This document shows, in pieces, positions 59,661-64,000 of a stretch of DNA of 64,000 nucleotides. The notes under the pieces were generated by a model. The model was given only the letters and a program-made list of their open reading frames with translations. It had not been told where the DNA came from and searched no databases. The stretch spans positions 21,886,001 to 21,950,000 of the forward strand of contig CATNEN010000001.1 in NCBI GenBank assembly GCA_950097015.1. The letters are read 5' to 3'. A program made the translations under genes and the position numbers. Numbering within the stretch: the first letter of the stretch is position 1; the number at the start of each line of letters is the position of its first letter. Origin of the DNA: Macrostomum hystrix (Eukaryota > Animalia > Platyhelminthes).

Positions 59661-60349
59661 TTGAGATGTTCGTGTGGATTTTTTGGCTGTTCAAATAGGT
59701 ACAATCTGACTGGGATATGAATTGTTGCTTGCTGACAATTTCTTGAATTATAGTTTTTTATTAGTTGTGATTTAAATTAATTTATTAAGGTTTTAAGTTA
59801 ATCATTATGTATATCCGACTAGAGCAATCAATCATTATTGTCAGAGTCAAAAACTTATTGTTCACAGCGGCAGCAGCAGCAGCAGCAGCATGATGTTAAA
59901 CTGTATAAGAAGCTGTCACTAAAGCTTTGACAATAACATCGTGTCTGACTTTATCAATCATAAAGAGTTCCTTGACAACAGAAGTAGTATGTGGTGAAAG
60001 GCACTACTAGCATTTCTGCTTTCAAAATAGCCCAACCAATCACGAGCCGAATAAGACGAGAGTACAGCTTCACCACACGAGAGCTGTTTCGTATGTTCAA
60101 ATTAAACTGATAGTACTCAGATGCAAAATAAATTTCTTTCAAGATTCATTCTGAGTGATTCTAGTCTCGACTTTACAAACCGACATTAATCATGTTTGCT
60201 AGTAAAATCTCCGGTATTTTCCAAAATATTTTCACCGGAAGTCGCATATCGCTTATTAACGGGGTGAGTTCACTTGGAAATCATTTTTATTGATAGTTTT
60301 TCCAGTTAATAAAATTGAACACTTAAAGGCTACATATAGACTGATTATA

Positions 60350-61420
60350 GATTAGATTAGCGATGAGATTAGCGATAAGATACAGATTAGACATTGGTGA
60401 GATTGGCGATGAGATGGAGATTAGACTTGAGATTAGCTTGAGATGGAGATTAGACATTGGTGAGATTGGCGATGAGATGGAGATTAGACATTAGTGAGAT
60501 TTGCGATGAGATGGAGATTAGACATTGGTGAGATTGGCGATGAGATGGAGATTAGACATTGGTGAGATTAGCGATGAGATTGGCGATGAAATGGAGATTA
60601 GACATAGGTGAGATTAGCGATGAGATGGAGATTAGACATTGGTGAGATTGGCGATGAGATGGAGATTAGACATTAGTGAGATTGGCGATGAGATGGAGAT
60701 TAGACATAGGTGAAGTTAGCGATGAGATGGAGATTAGACATTGGTGAGATTGGCGATGAGATGGAGATTAGACATTAGTGAGATTGGCGATGAGATGGAG
60801 ATTAGACGATAGGTGAGATTAGCGATGAGATGGAGATTAGACATGGATGAGATTAGCGATGAGATGGAGATTAGACATAGGTGAAGTTAGCGAAGAGATG
60901 GAGATTAGACATTGGTGAGATTAGCGATGAGATGGAGATTAGACATTAGTGAGATTGGCGATGAGATGGAGATTAGACATAGGTGAAGTTAGCGATGAGA
61001 TGGAGATTAGACATTGGTGAGATTGGCGATGAGATGGAGATTAGACATTAGTGAGATTGGCGATGAGATGGAGATTAGACGATAGGTGAGATTAGCGATG
61101 AGATGGAGATTAGACATGGATGAGATTAGCGATGAGATGGAGATTAGACATAGGTGAAGTTAGCGAAGAGATGGAGATTAGACATTGGTGAGATTAGCGA
61201 TGAGATGGAGATTAGACATAGGTGAGATTAGCGATGAGATGGAGATTAGAAATAGGTGAGATTAGCGATAAGATGGAGATTAGACATTAGTGAGATTAGC
61301 GATAAGACGGAGATTAGATATCGATGAGATTAGCGACGAGATAGGGATTTGAGATGGGTGAGATTAGCGATGAGATGGAGATTTGACATAGGTGAGATTA
61401 GCAATGAGTTGGAGATTTGA
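60350..61420. repeat. ~34-bp minisatellite (GAGATTAGACATTGGTGAGATTGGCGATGAGATG)
   Basis: Period 34 (60480 vs 60514); built from GAGAT subunits. Confidence 0.92.
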
Positions 61421-61959
61421 CTTTATATAAATGCGATAAACACGATAATAGGTCATGAGTTGCATATGACGCACCAAAAACTAAACAATGACCTTACTTT
61501 TTGTAAAAAAAACTGTAAAATTAAAAAAACGCTTAAACAAAAAGTTAGAGATCAGAGAAAAGCTAACAGAAAAATATGTTTCTCCAGCCCATCTTTATCT
61601 AGCCCCCAGGCCAACATAAAGCATGGCACGCTCGCTCTTATTCTCTAGCGACTCCGTCCCGATGTCTGAGGAGAGAAAAATAAATAGAATAGGAAATGTG
61701 ACTTGAGCAAGTGCATGAGCACAGTAGATAGCTCGTGTGTGTGGCTTAGTGAACTTTGGTTGGAAATTTGGCAAAAGGTATATCGGCCAGTGTAAAAGTG
61801 CTTTTATAGTTTTAACAGCTTCTTCCTACCTTAGTACCCGAATTAAGCCAGATGTGCAGAGAACGTAGTTTAGGGACTTACTAAAAGAAATATATTTTAG
61901 TTGTTAAGTCAGAGATTTAGCCCCGAGAAATCGAAGAGAGATGAGAAACGAGGAATGAG

Positions 61960-62161
61960 AAGAGAGGAGAGGAAAGGAGAGGAGAGGTAAGAAGAGGCGA
62001 GGAGAGGAGAGTAGAAGAGAGGAGAGGAGAGGAGATGAGAGGAGAGGAGATGAGAGGAGAGGAGATGAGAGGAGAGGAGAGGAGAGGAGAGGAGAGGAGA
62101 GGAGAGGAGAGGAGAGGAGAGCATAGGAGAGGAGAGTAGAGGAGAGGGGAGGGGAGGAGAG
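61960..62161. repeat. (GAGGA)n microsatellite
   Basis: Polypurine pentamer array; a second tract lies at 62834-62929. Confidence 0.9.
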
Positions 62162-63726
62162 AAAAACGTTTACGGAAGATAGTCATAAATTAGGCATCTA
62201 AAGCTTCGTAACCTCCGAAAAATGATATTTAATTCTTTTTTGATGAAGTTAATTTGATTACTCGAAATCTCAAGTCCTTCTATTCAGTTTTCCTTTATTG
62301 ATACTTTTCTTTGTAAATTCTAGTGTACATTAAAGCACAAACGTTATTGGGGCAGATGCTGAGCAGTTCAAGCTGTTTGGGATCTTTAAGAAGTGGCTGC
62401 ACCCACTGTGGCCAGTAATTTTTATGGCAACAAGTCCGCCTATTTCGGGAGTGAGGTCGGCATGCCTTCCTGGTCGATGCATTTTGTAATTCTTCTATAA
62501 GCAAGTGGGGATGGTGGGTGGGAACTGGCATTGCTGTGCCTGAGCTCCGGCTGGGCAACTCGCCAGCTCAACTGCGGGAATCGGTGAGTATTATCCCCAG
62601 CTAATGCCTGCTCAAGTGCTCATTCTGCCTTCTGTGAGAAGCTGCTGCTGCTGCTGTGGTAGACAGGCTTAGTTGTAGTAGAAAACATTTGTGAGAGTGG
62701 ATGAGCACTGCTGATCTGCTGGTCTGTTCGTGTGGAAGAATATTTGTCTACGGATGATTCCCAGACAGCAGTGCATTGCTGCTGAGAAACTGAACTCTGA
62801 TTAAATGACTGCATCGGCCTGAGACTGATGCTGGAGAGAAGAGGAGAGGAGAGAAGAGGAGAGGAGAGGAGAGGAGTGAAGAGGAGAGGAGAGGAGAGGA
62901 GAGGAGAGGAGAGGAGAGGTGAGGAGAGGATTATGAGAAAAATAGTTAATGTTCATTTGAGTCTATGGTGATAGCTTGTCAGTTATTTAATGCAAAGCAA
63001 CGTATCCAAAAAGTGGACCGGTCGCTCACACGGACAATCGAGAAATATAGCCGTGCAAAACTTGTACCAAGTGTCAATAAATGTCAAACTGGCGCAGAAA
63101 CAGCTTTCTCCGCTGAAATTCATACTACATGCTGCGGTGATGCGTAAGCAGCCAATTAAGACTAGCTGCAGCTCAGATACAGCTCAAACTGTGCTCAAAA
63201 TTTTGGATGGCTGTCTTGCGAGCTTGGGAATATGGATTTGAGTTATGGCAGTACTAATAGACATGTTTTTCTCGGCTAATCGATTCCTAGTTGCTGACTA
63301 AACATTTGCTGTAAAAAGTGCCCAGTTGTGCCCAGAACATCTGTCGCTTCAAGAGGAACTCACGGACTTGAGTAAGGAGTCACTGCGATCAGCCCGCATT
63401 AGCGGTGGCTGTTCATCACTCGTCCCTGAAATGCGTTTAGTTGTGGGAGCGTTTTTTAAGAATAAATACTGCGAAACACTGGGACTGGTGTAATCATCAC
63501 GGCTCTGAGTAAATACGAGGATAAAAATGACACAATTCTGCAAATAATCAGCTTATGCAATTCTCATTTATATTCATTAGTAAATTTGATTGATAAAAAC
63601 GAATGGGCTCATTTGTTTCTATAATTTCCTCCTTTTTTGGAACAAAAGCAGAGCTTACAAGCCGAGTTGGTTGAAGTTCGCACTCGAGCTAGCGAAGTTC
63701 ATGGCAGTCAAGTATCTGTCAGCTCG

Positions 63727-63777
63727 CAGCAGCAGCAGCAGCAGCAGCAGCATCAAGAACAGCAATCGCAACGCGAT

Positions 63778-63842
<65 letters not shown>

Positions 63843-63881
63843 GCATCAAGAACAGCAATCGCAACGCGATCAGCAGCAGCA

Positions 63882-63933
<52 letters not shown>

Positions 63934-64000
63934 CAAGAACAGCAATCGCAACGCGATCAGCAGCAGCAGCAGCAGCAGCAGAAGCAGCAGCAGAAGCAGC
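63727..64000. repeat. (CAG)n tracts interspersed with a repeated CATCAAGAACAGCAATCGCAACGCGAT spacer; runs off the window end
   Basis: Three copies of the 27-bp spacer separated by CAG/AAG runs. Confidence 0.9.

Overview
Eukaryotic (metazoan) genomic DNA with GT-AG introns, GC-rich exons and very dense mini/microsatellites. The style resembles a free-living flatworm such as Macrostomum, but that is an inference. Host genes: the 3' end of a divergent DIP2, a DH-PH RhoGEF with probable C-terminal exons, a six-exon CCDC169 orthologue, RSU1 and ROMO1. Mobile DNA: a complete, very young Ty3/Gypsy LTR retrotransposon (identical 199-bp LTRs, CAGT TSD, -1 frameshift signal), three tRNA-derived SINE families, a hAT MITE carrying a minisatellite, a THAP relic and a dispersed repeat. 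The most interesting structure is at 5.9-15.1 kb: four intact intronless secreted PAN/Apple + C-type lectin genes, one pseudogene and orphan fragments. The intact copies share a 312-bp core that is ~98-99% identical, synonymous sites included, while the N-terminal half of the PAN domain and the sugar-binding loop of the lectin domain are only ~30-55% identical in protein. Short internal segments are shared between copies in a patchwork. This looks like a constant-core/variable-cassette lectin diversification locus driven by segmental gene conversion and possibly inversion. All identities and alignments were counted by eye; no database searches were run.
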